Positions 14,904-29,257 of a stretch of 64,000 bases of DNA are shown here, piece by piece (within the stretch, counting starts at the first letter, position 1; every line of letters starts with the position of its first letter). The translations under genes were made by a program, and so were the position numbers. Source of the DNA: Octopus vulgaris. Its lineage: Eukaryota. The notes under the pieces were generated by a model, which was given only the letters and a program-made list of their open reading frames with translations, did not search any database and was not told the DNA's origin. The stretch lies in NCBI GenBank assembly GCA_951406725.2, contig OX597814.1, positions 176,018,001-176,082,000 of the forward strand. The letters run 5' to 3'.

Positions 14904-15136
14904 AGGCGGCGAGCTGGCAGAAACGTTAGCACGCCGGGCGAAATGCGTAGTCGTATTTCGTCTGCCGTTACGTTCTGAGTTCAAATTCCGCAAGGTCGAC
15001 TTTGCCGTTCATCCTTTCGGGGTCGATAAATTAAGTACCAGTTACGCACTGGGGTCGATGTAATCGACTTAATTCGTTTGTCTGTCCTTGTTTGTCCCCT
15101 CTATGTTTAGCCCCTTGTGGGTAGTAAAGAAATAGA
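14904..15136 (+). mobile_element. SINE family A (~235 bp, GGCGGCGAGCTGGCAGAAACGTTAGCACGCCGGGCG head), full copy with TSD
   Basis: Flanked by GATACATTGATTACA direct repeats. Further copies at about 5790-5976(-), 18154-18385(+, TSD TAAGATTGTAGAAG), 25170-25463(-), 29975-30203(-), 37351-37762(+, TSD ATATATTATAGACGATA), 45514-45746(-), 56485-56896(-), plus many decayed ones. Confidence 0.85.
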
Positions 15137-15476
15137 TACATTGATTACAATGAACCCAGTATTTTAATAGTACTTAATTTATCGACCTCGAAAGGATGAA
15201 AGGCAAGGTCGACTTCGGCAGATATTGAACTCAGAACGCAAGAACGGACTAACAATAATAATCCTTTCTACTAAAGGCACAAAGTCTGAAATTTGGGGGA
15301 AGCGGTTGTCTATTATATCGACCCTAGTGCGTAAATGGTATTTAATCTATAGACCCCGATAAGATAAAAAGTAAAGTCGACTTCGGCGGAAATTGAACTC
15401 AGAACACGAAGACGGATAAATGCCTCTAAACATTTCACCCGGCATGGTAACGATTCTGTCAGCTCACCGCCTTGAC

Positions 15477-15528
<52 letters not shown>

Positions 15529-18500
15529 TATTAATACACACACAGACACACACACACACACACGCACACACACACACACACACGGTCATACACATATGCA
15601 CAAATCGTTTATATGTAAATATGTACAAACATATCCATTTGCTTTCGCGCGAGCGAGTATTTGTGTGTATGTGTTTGTGTAATTATTTTAAAGCGAGAAA
15701 GAAATGAAAAAATAAATGTATATAGACAAGCTGTTACTATGGTGACAGATTTTACCAATAATAATAATATTGCCACGCCTTAATTTGAAATTACATCGAT
15801 CTCATGGAGACTGAAGAATTTCTCTCAAATCTGATGTAACGTCTTGAGGAAAGCTACTGATGTTGTTATGGAAAATACAACATCGCTTTAGAAAGACAGA
15901 AGGAGAAAAAACACAGAAGATATTATCATTTACTGTTCTGTAGTCTTATTTTTATTCCGTGCTTTCATGTACAACTAAGCGCAGCTCTGTGTGTGTGCGC
16001 CTTGTGTATATATGTACAGTGTTTTATTTTTGTGCTTATCTATTGTATAGAGAGAAATCTACGTAATACGTGTTCTGTTCCTAATAGTGATATTTCTTTG
16101 TTATTTAATCATTCCTCAAAGCGGAAGCAATCCCCATAGGCGCTGCTATGGGAAGTGTTTCTATTTAAAACGCCACATTCTGGTTATCTCTATTTCCAGA
16201 TTTTTATATTTGGAGAATTTCTCCATTTCTTTCATAGATACATTATAATTCTTTTGGGAGTGGTACTTCGATTGGGAGGTACTTTCGATCCTGGTTTTGG
16301 TCAACTTTGCCTTTCATCGGTCTGGGTCTGGGTTTAATGAAATAAATAAAGCACTAGTCAAGTACTGGGGTTGATGTAATAGATTAACCTCGTCTTCTTA
16401 AATATCGTTTTCTTTATGCTCATGTAGGAACAATTATTGTTTAAATTACTGGGCAAGCAAGCCATTCTCCAACTTGTTTCATTGACGGACCTGCAATACT
16501 GGGTCAAACAATTGCTTTGAAATGCCCTTGATTCAGTGAGGCATTTGGAAGGTCGACAGGTGCTCCATAAGCCACTGTCAATAGAACAATGTGGTCGGTG
16601 GAACTTTTACAGATTTTTATAAAGAAATAGCATGAGGGAAAGAGAGCCGGTGTTCTCAAGGAAACTGTAAGTATTAACAAGAATCAAATACTTGGCCTGT
16701 TCCGTAATACTTCGGGATCTATGGATATTTTGCAGAAATCCCTCACCTGGGAGTGCTACCGGAAGTATAACTGAGCAGCGATAAACTTTATAGACACCGA
16801 ACTGCCATCAATCAGGTTTGTTCGAAATGCACGCAGAATGATGAAACCTAATGGCATACATGCATTGGTTTAGCGTTAGAGTATTGCTGACTTGTAGAGA
16901 TATGTCAAGTAACAGCCGTCACTTGTACAAAAGATGCAGTTGTTGGTTCAGCGCCATTTTGAGTTGAGATGAGCAAGTAATGCAAAACTCGCCGAGGTTC
17001 TTTCCTCCATGATATTTGTTAAGTTGACAAAAATGAATGTACATAGGCACCCATCGGTCGGGAAATACAGCTGGTAGAGGATACTTGTTCACGTACATAT
17101 AAACTTCCTTCAACAAAAGTTCCTGTCATACTGTTACTTCTAAAGATGTTTTTTAAATAATAATTTTAAGATTTTTCTTCACACGTGTGTGCGTGTTCGG
17201 TGTGTATGTATATATGAATGTATGTACTAGTTTAGCATTACAAGCGTGGAAAATAGAACTCGTGTGTCCTCTGTGTGCGTGCGTGTGGTGCGCATATCAA
17301 CCGAAGAACTGTTGTTGTTGTTAAGCAACTAGACGGGTATGGGTGATTAGGTGATGGTCTAGGGCTTAGGGGCGGGAGGTCCTAGACCTTGGAAAAAGAA
17401 AACTTTGGTCGTCTTGCTGTAGTCGAGGGCTCTTCGTTGACGCCCGACACCACTGGGAGGTGGTCCTCGAAGTCGCTGGAAACAGAGATTTTCCAGGTCC
17501 AAATTCTTGGACGGCGCGGAAGAACTGTGGTAACTCAGATGGCCTAGAACTTCGTTCCAATGCACTTAGTGAAGCATTGGTACAAAACCTCTACAACTTT
17601 TGAGTCAGTGAATTTCTTCTTCTCGTGACTCGAGTTTCATGTCAGAACAATAATTGAGCGAGCGAGTTTGTATTCGTGTTTAAAAATCGAATACTTCTCA
17701 TGTCTTTATTCTCTCCTCCTAATACACAGAAATTAAATAATATCGATATTCGAATTTGTCCATCACAGATAAAATCATAAATCATATTAAAGACTGCACC
17801 AGCTGAAGCAGTACAACTGTACTAAATAAATTTTTAGTTGTGACATTCTTCTCTGTGACACATAATAAAAATGTTATGCATTTTTGTAGATGTTAGTTAT
17901 TGTTGTTATTTAGATTGAGATCAGCCTTGATCAAACATTGATTATAATGTGCATTCTAATCATGGCCATCCTGCCCTCATTTGCGGGGGACATTTAAGAC
18001 TACACGTATTAATGTGTGTGTGTGTGTGCTCGCGAGTGATAGAACGCTATGGTGGAGGCGACTGAAGACTCTCCTTCCACGACCCTTCCAGGAATGTTGG
18101 GCGGAGAAAATGGAAATATGTGCTTCCCATTTTGTAAGATTGTAGAAGTTGAAAGGCGGCGAGCTGACAGAAACGTTAGGACGCCGGGCGAAATGCTTAG
18201 CGGTATTTCGTCTGCTGTTACGTTCTGAGTTCAAATTCCGCCGAGGTCGACTTTGCTTTTCATCCTTTCGGGGTCGATTAAATTTGTACCAGTTACGCAT
18301 GGGATCGATATAATCGACTTAATCCGTTTGTCTGGCCTTGTTTATCCCCTCGGTCTTTAGCCCCTTGTGGGCAGTAAAGAAATAAGATTGTAGAAGATGA
18401 TTTGAAACGCATTTGATTCATATTTTTAGCATGTCGTTAATCAAGCAAGCCTCTGATTAACCGTGATCATCCTTTCCCTTTTAGAATGTAACTAGGACTA

Positions 18501-20408
18501 AATTTATCTAATGTAATTCGTTTCTTTTTTTCTATGATGGAATGCAATTTGAGGACGATTTGGTTTCTTTTTCTAGCAGATCGATGAACAAAGGAATTCA
18601 AGCCATAACCATCTTGTCCGTTTAGTGAGGTGTCTAGGACTATATTAAATAATAGGTATCGTCTCTTTTTCTTAGACGTGAAATACAATTTAACAGAAAT
18701 TTGCTTGTAATTTCTAAAAAGTGGGGCAGTTATACCTCTCGGTATTCTCAGCAACTAGCACAATCGTTACATATCGGACAAAATGCCGCCAAGCATTTTG
18801 TCCGATTTTTAACGCTCTGAGCTCAAATTCAACCGAATAGAACTTTGTGCTTCATCGATAAATTTCTGGGTCGATAAAATAAGTATCAATTGATCACCGA
18901 GGTCGGTGTGATCGACTAATCTTTTTTCCCCCTAAAAAGTGTTGACTTTAAGCCAAAATCAGAAAGAATTTATTTATGTATTCTCTTCAATTCTTGCCTG
19001 ATGCAGTCTAGTCTAGAAGAACACATATGTCAATCAATAAAGAAATAGGCGCCTGAAGGCAATGCTCCAGTATGATACTGGCGGTGATGGCTACAATAAA
19101 CCAAATAGTTACGAAACATGAGTTTGTGTTGAATATACAAGCTGACCCAAACATGGTGAGAAAAACTGGGTAGAAAGGAATTATATAGAGGTTTGTCTGA
19201 TAAATTGTGCATGTAACCCAAAGGACGAGCTGTCTTATGGTGATTTGACCTAAAAATTGCTATAAAGTTGGTAGCGATGTCTTCGGAATAGTCAGCCATT
19301 GGACTCGGCTGTATTGACGCAGGCGATGTGGCATGGCTGACTGGACATTGAATCAGTTTGTGTGACAGTACTTTTTGGCACTGAAAGTAACATGCACGCC
19401 CGCGCACTACTCCGCGTGTACACACACACACGCATACACAAAAAAGTGCGTGCAGAAATATATGCAGATAATTAGAGAGGGTAAGAGAGAAAGAAAGAGA
19501 GGGAGAGAAAAAGAGAGAGAGAGATTGCAATTTATTAATTGAACTCCATTGATACAAACACTTTCCCTCTTTTCATACACTTAAAAATAACTATACTCGT
19601 ACATATATGACACCAAATATGACATCACCCCTTCCTTATTCTTCTATCACCCCTTTCTTTCTTATTCATAAACACAGGAGTATTATTATAGTAGATTATC
19701 TCGGTAACCATGGGAGCTATGAAAAATATGACATCACCCCTTTCTTCCTTATTCATCTATCACCCCTTCCTTTCTCATTCATAAATACAAGAGTATTATC
19801 ATAGTAGATAATCTCGGTAACCATGGGAGCTATGAAAAAATACAAAGCCCATCATCACCACCGGATAATTCTATACATATGTATAATTTTTCGCGCAATT
19901 TCACCCAGCCGGTTGACCATGAATCCCAAGAAAGAATCGCCCATGTCAAATTTATACGTATAGATTTAACCAACTGGTTGTTCAGTTAATTGAACTGATA
20001 TAATGGATCATCTGTTGAAAGTGTCAGAGGAACGATCATGTATTAATCTGTTGAAATTGAGGATCTCTGAAATAAAGATTGCTGAGTAAATGTTCATATT
20101 TTCTGTTAATCAATTTTATAGTCTGGACATTTCGTTTTTGAGACAGCTGGAAATATATTGAGTCAACAAGGGATCCGCAATGTGGACGGTCGACATGCTA
20201 TAAGCAACAGTAATTCTCTTTCAGGTTGTCTTCGTAGTTTGCAAAAGAGGAGATACATTGGAGATTGCTATCATAGATGTTTGATAATAAACAGGGTGGT
20301 CAAAACTGGAATGGCTTTGATAATACCACAGCGGAACCTGACGCTAAACAAGAATAACTTGAAAGCTATACGTATATCACAAACACACACACATACACAC
20401 ACACACAC

Positions 20409-20451
<43 letters not shown>

Positions 20452-22027
20452 CACACACTTACATACACACATACATATTTGTAAACCTATGTAATAGGCA
20501 TACAAATATAACAAGTTTATCTATTCTTCCGTAAAATGAATAAAAATGATGAGCAGCCTGGATCGATTTACAACCTTTATTGGATTCTGACCAATCATTG
20601 ACAACAAGCTACCAGTCCATTTAGATACACAACGACCTGTAGAATCTCAGGACTGGAGCTACGAACTGTTGTTTGTTCCTTCTCGAGCAATGCCTGGCTC
20701 ATAAGGGCCAGTTTCCCGGTTTCTTGGCGTATAGGTTGCCCACCTGGACGGGACGCCGGACCGTCGCAGGTGGGCTGCAAGATGCAGAAGGAAAGAGTGA
20801 AAGTAAGTTGCGAGTCAGCAGAAGTTTCGCCATTACCTTCTGCCGGAGCCGCGTGGAGCTTAAGTGTTTCACTCATAAACACACACATCGCCCTGTCTGA
20901 GATTCGAACCCGCGATCCCTCGACCGCGAGTTCGCTGCTCTAACCACTAGGCCATGTGCCTCCACGGAGCTACGAATTCCCATATTATAAGTGTTTAACA
21001 CTTTAGTAACAGGTTGACTTAGCTCTTCATGTTACTTTAAGTTTTGCGGGTGTGTTAAAAATATGTGACGAGTCCCTCGGACACATATATGTAACGCCAA
21101 CCATAATTTGTGTTGAGTACTACTTCCGTTGTTTGTGAGCGAAATGTGGAATAATACTGAATACAAAATTTAACATTTTGCCATTCTAGCTGTACAATTG
21201 CACACTGTTTCTTCTTGATTTGATAATTGACAATTACATCTATTTGTGAGAACTAGTCTTACATTTTGTGCGTGTGTATGTGAATGTAAGTCTGTACATG
21301 TGTATGTATTAGTTCTGAAAATGCGTTCTCTACCTAAAGGACATATTCAGTTTACAATTCAAGCAATATATCGCATTAAGTCACAGGGTATTGGGAAGGA
21401 AATGAGAAAAATAAGGAATTTTGCAGTATTTTAAATTATCGCTTAAACATTCTTTATTTATATATATATATTGTCTTTCGTGGAATTTTGGATTTAATCA
21501 AATTTGCTCACAGCCGCATTACAAATAGCGTAAAAATAATTTTGTTTCTCCTCAAAAAGAGATTGATAAAACGGGAAGTTTGTGAAAAGAGAAGAAAGTA
21601 CATAATCTTCAATATTTTCTATCTTTATGTGTTTTTGTAGAGTAAAAATTAAATAACATTGTGCGGAAAAAGAAATAAAGAAAATTACTAAATATAGCTT
21701 TCAAGTTTTCACCGAGAAAAATCTTCAATTTCAGTTCATTTGATCTATGCTTTCGAGCAATTTGAAGAATTGTATCGTCTATATCCTATTCTCAGATGAA
21801 CAGGTGAACACAGAAACAAATACAAAATACACGTAGTGAAATTTATTTGCGTTATTTGAAGAATATTTCTTTGAAATTACACGCAAGAACAAATGCATGC
21901 TTTTGGTGTGAAGTAAGATGAAATGGAATAAACGAAACACTGGCAACTGAGAAAGATGCAATTGAAGACACCTGATGTTAAAAGCGAAAAAGATAAAGAG
22001 ATAGATAGAGCGAGGGAGAGAGAAAGG

Positions 22028-22089
<62 letters not shown>

Positions 22090-22133
22090 CACACATACAT
22101 ACATACACGCATACATACATACACGCACATACG

Positions 22134-22180
<47 letters not shown>

Positions 22181-22698
22181 TGTCCCACTAATCTGTGGGA
22201 AGAAAAGGGGTAAAATGATAGTGTAACATACATTAGGAACCTCTTGTAGATATTTTATGTTAGACCCCAATAATGTATTTTTTATATTTATTTCTGTTCT
22301 TTTCTGCGTGTTTGCATGAAGTACCCCAGCGCCTGGAGTACTTTAAATAACAAATGGTTGTAACTGTTCGACTATTTAATTTCATAGTGCTACTCAAAAA
22401 TCTAAAGAGAAGATATTGTAATATAATCCTCCTGCTATTCAAAAATGGTACTTCTAATTTCTATTTTGCAACAACACAGTCCTACCTGAATGGCATCCAA
22501 ATTATTTCATTTAATTTTCAGCTGATTATCTCTCAATGCAGTCGGTATAGTGTAGTCGGCATATATTTTTCCATACCCCTGAGGAGCAAGCAGTATTACT
22601 GAATCGTGTTGTTATCTGACATCCGGTTTTAAAACCCACTGCAGAACCGATTGATATGATCGGTTGTAATGGATCTAAGATACTGTATACCTTGATTC

Positions 22699-22750
<52 letters not shown>

Positions 22751-22896
22751 TTCACTTACCTTACGTTAAATGTAGTGGTATTTCTTCTTGGAAACAACTT
22801 TTAGTGGCTGTACCATTAGCGGAGCTATTTTTAGCACTAGAGTGAACCACATAGTGGTCACTCTCTAATATTTATGTATTGATTCATATATATATA

Positions 22897-24000
22897 ATTG
22901 ATTGATTGATTGATTCTAGTTTCAGCTTATGAACTGTGGCCATGCTGGGGCACCGCCATTTGGTGTTGCTACTTGGTTTCACTTCATGGAGGATTTCTAG
23001 CAACTGCTATTTGGTGCATGAGAGAGTTCGATGCAGCTGCCCTCATCTGCCCCTCCTGCCGGGAAGTTGGTTCATCTGGGACACCTGACAGGAAGAGATC
23101 CAGCTTCATTTTAAAGACATCTGTATCCACTCCATGCAGGTCTCTCAGGTTCTTCGGGAGGATATTGAAGAGCTGTGGGCCTCGGAAGCCCAGGCTATCA
23201 CAGAATCTTGTCCTACATCTTGATGGCAGGTTTGGAGTCCTAGGCACCACGCAGTGGCGCCCAGTTCTGGCATTTGCGTAACTCTCGATGCCAAAGTTCA
23301 GGACACTTCCCTCCAGGATCTTCCAGATGTATATTATGGCATATCTTTCCCGCCTACGCTCCAGGGAATATAATTTTAATCTCTTGAGTCTTTCCCAGTA
23401 GCTTACATTCTGCATAGAGGCTATCTTCTTTGTGTAGCTTCGTTGGATCGCCTCAAGTTCTGTGATCAACTTGACACAGGATGGTGACCATAGCTGAGAG
23501 CAATAGTCAAAGTGGCTTAGGACAAGTGTCTTCCAGAGGACCATCATGGTTTCTTGTTCTCTTGTTCTAAAGGTTCTAAGAATCCATCCAGCCAGCCGTC
23601 TACATTTCATTGTCAGTTTAGCAACATGTACATGAAAGGTCGCGTCATCACTCATGTGAATACCCAGGTCACGCACTGATTGTGCCTCTGGGATAGCAAT
23701 CCCTCCGGGTCCAGTGTATTCATTGGGTATTGCATTCAGTTTTGCATGCTGATAGTATAAAGCTTGAAACTTTCCAGCATTGAACTGCATGCTATTCTTT
23801 TCAGCCCACTTGTATATTTCGTCCAGCTCACATTGCAGGTGTTTAGTGTCCTCAGGGTTCTGTATTGCCTGTGAAACTTTTGTATCATCTGCATAACTTG
23901 TGATCGTGGCTCTCTGCGTGGCTGAGGGCATGTCTGAGAGGGCCATCATGAACAGTAGTGGTCCCAGAACAGTGCCCTGCGGAACACCGCTCACTATTTG
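22897..24000 (-). mobile_element. 5'-truncated non-LTR retrotransposon (CR1-group LINE): RT C-terminal half, 3'UTR and (AATC)n tail
   Basis: Open frame 22984-~24000 with SGVPQGTVLGPLLF, SYADDTK, VRDLGI, FDYCSQLWSP, LKLYSLERRRERY. The ORF-track N-terminus upstream of ~24000 is only microsatellite read-through. Confidence 0.92.
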
Positions 24001-24029
24001 TGTGTTAATATATAATGATATATATATAA

Positions 24030-24092
<63 letters not shown>

Positions 24093-24314
24093 TGTGTGTG
24101 TGTGTGTGAATCAACGTATAACAAACAAAACATTTCGTTGACCTCGTAAACGCGTTTCTGTTTGTCATTTTCTCTTTTTGATTTCTTTTTTTTGTCTATT
24201 TTTTCCCTCATTCGCTCATTGTCTTGGATTCTGTTTCTTTCAATTGATCTCTATGTTTTTAATTGTTATCTGTTTTACTTCTCTTAATAGGAGTTCTTTA
24301 TATACATATCTTTA

Positions 24315-24446
<132 letters not shown>

Positions 24447-24462
24447 CAAATTTATGTTTTGA

Positions 24463-24545
24463 AGCTCCGATGAAGCTATGAGTTGATACACAAGCATTCA
24501 ATTATGAATATGCATTGCCTCTTCTACCAGAAACAGCTGTAAGCT
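24463..24545 (+). ncRNA. Solo hammerhead-like motif with CCGAUGA core and a long, degenerate stem II
   Basis: AGCU-CCGAUGA-A...(~55 nt)...GAAA-CAGCUG-UA-AGCU; stem I AGCU/AGCU; stem III palindrome identical to the 29258 copy; lies between (GATA)n and (TA)n. Confidence 0.6.
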
Positions 24546-24678
24546 ACTGCAGTTCATGACATAATTTCTCATTCCTTTGTCATTTTAATTTATTGTATAG
24601 AAATATCACAACACACAATCCTAATTCATTTCGTATAATGTAATTTCTGCTAACATATCAACAGAATGACTAGACATT

Positions 24679-24766
<88 letters not shown>

Positions 24767-26659
24767 GCATACTTTGGTTCATATATTTAAACATATTCAT
24801 GTATATATGTATGTATATATTATGTATGAAAGTATGTATTATATATGTATAGCGACAATTACAGTGCAGTTAGTTTGACACACATTATCGTAGTTTAATT
24901 GACTATAAAAGGAGAGCGATGGCTCTGAATAATTGCTTAGTTCGGCTTTCGAATTGGAAGTTTGAAAGAAAAATAAATAATTATAATGACGGATGGAATG
25001 TCCCTAAGCATTTTGCCCGGCGAGTAACGATTCTGCCAGATCGCCGCCTAAGAACTATAGACATATTGATTTCAAAGTTTGGCACAAGGCCAGCAATTTC
25101 AGGGGACGGGCTAGTTGATTACATGAACCCCAGTTCTCAACCGGTGCTTATTTTATTGACCTGAAAAGGCTGAAAGGCAGAATCGACCTCCACAGAATTT
25201 GAATTCAAAACATAAAGACGGATGAAATACCTATTTCTTTACTTCCCACAAGGGGCTAAACACAGAGAGGACAAACAAGGACAGACAAACGGATTAAGTC
25301 GATTATATCGACCCCAGTGCGTAACTAGTACTTATTTAATCGACCCCGAAAGGATGAAAGGCAAAGTCGACCTCGGCGGAATTTGAACTCAGAACGTAGC
25401 GGCAGACGAAATACTGCTAAGCATTTCGCCCGGCGTGCTAACGTTTCTGCCAGCTCGCCGCCTTAGAACTATAGAAATATCACAAGACAGAATCGTAATT
25501 CATTTCGTATAATGTAATTTCTGCTAACAGATTAACAGAATGACTAGACTTAACGAAAATGATGTCGCCTATTTAAATATTTCAGGATGAATGTCTTGCG
25601 ATTTTTTTTCTTCATCAAAGAGACTACTGCTAAATTTGATGTGGTTAAGTGGTTGGATGGCAAAAATAGTAAATTGGAGGACAAAATTCCTTGCAGCGAT
25701 TTAGTTATCTCCTTTTATATTTTTGAGTTCGATAATCAACTCTGCTCCTCATATTTGTTAAACCCTTAAAAGTGGTACCCGTATTGCCTCAAATCAATGA
25801 ATGAAACCACAGTTGATAATTAAAAGTTCTCATGCTGTCTTATTTGAAACTATAGTAGAAACTTACTCTTGGAGTTTCTTCATAAGACAGTGGACAAATA
25901 GTTCTTCTTATAATGTAAAAGAGATGGGCTCCGTCTGGAGATTTGTGATGAAAAGAATATCATTACTAATTCATAAAAACAAAAGCGAAAAGCGCCACAG
26001 CTCTTTCCATAAACCAAAGACCGTAATATCTTCTTTTCTTTCTTTGTATACATCTGATTCTCTTATATTTCTATATAAAAGCGTTTTTTTTTTTTGTCTT
26101 GTCCACGGCGTCCTGTAAAGCACTGAAACTTCATTTCCTCTCTAGTAATTGAATACTTTTAAATTTAATTGTTCTTATATCTCCGCTTTTGCTTAAAGAA
26201 TAATTACTGTAGCAAGTTTTCCCTAATATTGTTATAATGCTTCGTTTTACTGAAAAATCTATCGTTATCTGGTTTGCAAGTCCGACTAAATGGAGTAATT
26301 ATTCAGAACATAAGTCGCAGATACCAGTTTGGAATCGCAAATAATTCTAATTGACATTTCTTTCGAATGAAGTCGGTTGTGAACTTATTCTAAGACTTAT
26401 AGTAATAGCCATTTTTTTTTTGTATGATTATTATATCTGACATCTAAATACCAAAGATTTCTTCATAGAACTGTTGGGAAAATATATTAATTCCGTTCAT
26501 GGCTAATTTCCTGACATCTGGCGAATTAATTATTTAATGATGTAGAATAATAGCTTAAAACTTACTATTATATTCTAACACATCTGCTATCATTTATATT
26601 TACTGGAGTTTGGTATCATTGTATCGACTGTCATTTCTTTGCTTCTGCATTCGTTGTTG

Positions 26660-27072
26660 TTGTTGTTGTTGTTGCTTCTGCTGCTGTTGCTGCTTTGTTT
26701 GTTTGTTTGTTTGTTGAGCGAAGCGGTCTTCGTCCCAGAGCTCGCAAGATCGCGCCTCTGTAGTGGGAGAAGTCCGAAACGTGGTCCTTTGCTATTCGTA
26801 AGACCCGCAGAAGAGAAAGCAGGTCAACCCCCGACGCCGAGAGCATAGACGGATGGAGGAATGCGCATCCAGGCTCAGCGGTTGAGTAGGAAGTCGGGGA
26901 CAAGAAACAGGAAGAAAGAGTGAGAGAAAGTTGCAGCGAAAGAGTACAACTACCCCCTGCCGGAGCCTTGTGGAGCTTTAGGTGTTTTTGCTCAATAAAC
27001 ACACACAACGCCCGATCTGGGAATAGAAACCGCAAGTCCGCTGCCCTAACCACTGGGCCATTGCGCCTCCAC
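26660..27072 (-). mobile_element. tRNA-derived SINE family B (GGAGGCGCAATGGCCCAGTGGTTAGGGCAGCGG head, (AAC)n tail)
   Basis: Head at 27040-27072 on minus; relatives at about 20668-20964, 36770-37066, 53395-53680, 58604-58980 (all minus). Confidence 0.75.
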
Positions 27073-27399
27073 TTGCTGTTGCTGCTCTTGTTTAGTCTAG
27101 CTCATTCCTGATGGTGCAAACCTTTGATCAAAGAGGTTCTGGTCTTACTATCTCATATCTGGAACAACATTGTCTATGGTTTCCGGCTGATTTTTAAGAT
27201 GGTAGGATACGATTTAAAGAAGACTTGACAGCTATTTCTAGAATTTATTTGTTTTTTTATTAATTATCTTGCCAATATATATTGATATATCTCCTATTAC
27301 ACAAAAGGAGATAACTCCACACACACACACGCACACACGTAGGTATATGGATATATATTTATAAGTATGTATATACATATATATATACATTAAGCTCTA

Positions 27400-27710
27400 T
27401 GACTGGGTGTTCAAGCATCTGCTCAACAACTCAAATGTGGATAGCATATAGCTTGACTTTGCAAAAGTCTTTGATAAAATCGACAATGGTCTATGTCCCG
27501 ATCTTCGTGATCTCAGCACAGTAAGAAAATTTGGAAAGTGGCAATACGATTTTATAAAAGATAGAAATCAGGTAGTACTAGCCAACGGGGCTAGTACTAC
27601 CTAGTACTACTTCCAAGGAACTACAAATAATGAGTGGTTTCCCATTGGGCACTATCTTGGGGCCTCTTCATTCATTGTGACCCTCTCAGACATTTCCTCA
27701 ACTACTGTCA
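27400..27710 (+). mobile_element. Degenerate LINE reverse transcriptase fragment
   Basis: Translates NVDSI*LDFAKVFDKID...DFIKDRNQVVLANG...QIMSGFPLGTILGP, with stops and frameshifts. Confidence 0.75.
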
Positions 27711-27958
27711 CCACACAATGTAAAATTGACAGCGGAACTCGAAGCAACACAAAGTTTGTCTAAATGCGAAATGTCCGTTACTAGGAAGGCTGAAAAACTT
27801 AACATTCTACTCCCTGGTGGGTAAGAAATGCAGTGTTATACACCTGGAAAATCCTGAAAGTACTTGCACCAAACTTGTATGTATGTATGAATACATACAT
27901 ACATGCATACATGTGAGAGTACGTATATACATATATATACATATGTGAGTGTGTATAC

Positions 27959-27991
<33 letters not shown>

Positions 27992-29027
27992 TGTATGTAT
28001 GTATGTATGTATGTATGTATGTATGTATGTATGTATGTATATACACCTGGTATCTTTTCAAAAGGTATGTTTTAAAAAGTCACCTGGCGAGATACTTCTT
28101 CACCGAAGGAGGCACCTTAGCCAGCATGTCACTTTCAAGAGATCTATGCATTATGGATCGAAACGATCGTTGAAATTAATAATGAATGTCGTGAATTCCA
28201 TTTTCTGCATCTCTTATTTGTTAGATATATACACATATACATACATATACATACGCATACATATACATACATACAAATATACATACATGTACGTACACAT
28301 ACATATACATACACATACATACACTCTTACATGTGCATGTACACACATGCAGGGTCGGTCAAAAATAACGAAGTTTGTATATTGCGAAATGTGGACATAA
28401 TATGTGGCTTCAGGTGTGTACTTGATGTGATAAGCAAATACAAAAAATAATTTTTTTATTGTTTACTTTTCACGATTCAACAATGCTAGGCATATTACAA
28501 TATATAAATATATGCATTTTAAAATAAATATAGCCTTCTACATTTTATCTCTATTTCATTATCATCTTACATTTAAGTAAGATAAAACATATTTGTCGTC
28601 AAAACTGACGATACAAAAGTGTTGTTTATTCAATAAAACAATAAGATATCTAAATTTTATTAAATGCTAACAACGTTATCCAGTTAGATAACGAAGTTAT
28701 TCAGTTATGCAGAAGTTATTCAAAAGAATTTAGTTTCATGTGAATAAAACGAAAACTGCTTAATATTTTAAGATAAAGGTAAATATCATGTTTAACGCTC
28801 ATGTGTATGATAATATTATTAGTTTCATTTGTTACACTGTGGTCATGCTGGAGCACTGCATTCAGGGATTTTCGTTGAATTTGCTGATATCATTACGTGT
28901 CTGGTACTTATTTTATCGATCACTTTATCGAATGGCTCTATCCTCCTATGGAACGTACTCGGCGGATAAATACTTCCTCATGTTTCGTTTCAACGCATCG
29001 ACTTATTAACACATACGTTCATAAATG

Positions 29028-29084
<57 letters not shown>

Positions 29085-29136
29085 ATGTGTGTGATGTGTG
29101 TGTGTGTGTTGTGTGTGTGCATATGAGTGTGTGCGC

Positions 29137-29187
<51 letters not shown>

Positions 29188-29257
29188 TAATAATTAACGG
29201 AATGAGATAAAAAAAACCAAGGCTATGAATGGTTTTCAGAACATTTATAAAGAGAAG

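Noticed and set aside
16430-16800. Possible decayed RLE-type LINE endonuclease fragment on the minus strand
   Set aside because: Only faint motif resemblance across frameshifts; cannot be supported by eye.
21743-21797. Possible decayed hammerhead on the minus strand (CUGAGAAU...AUUGCUC-GAAAGCAUA)
   Set aside because: The core is incomplete and stem III is not convincing.
24001-24168. N-terminal part of the 394-aa ORF
   Set aside because: Read-through of (CA)n/(TA)n upstream of a 5'-truncated LINE; not a real start.
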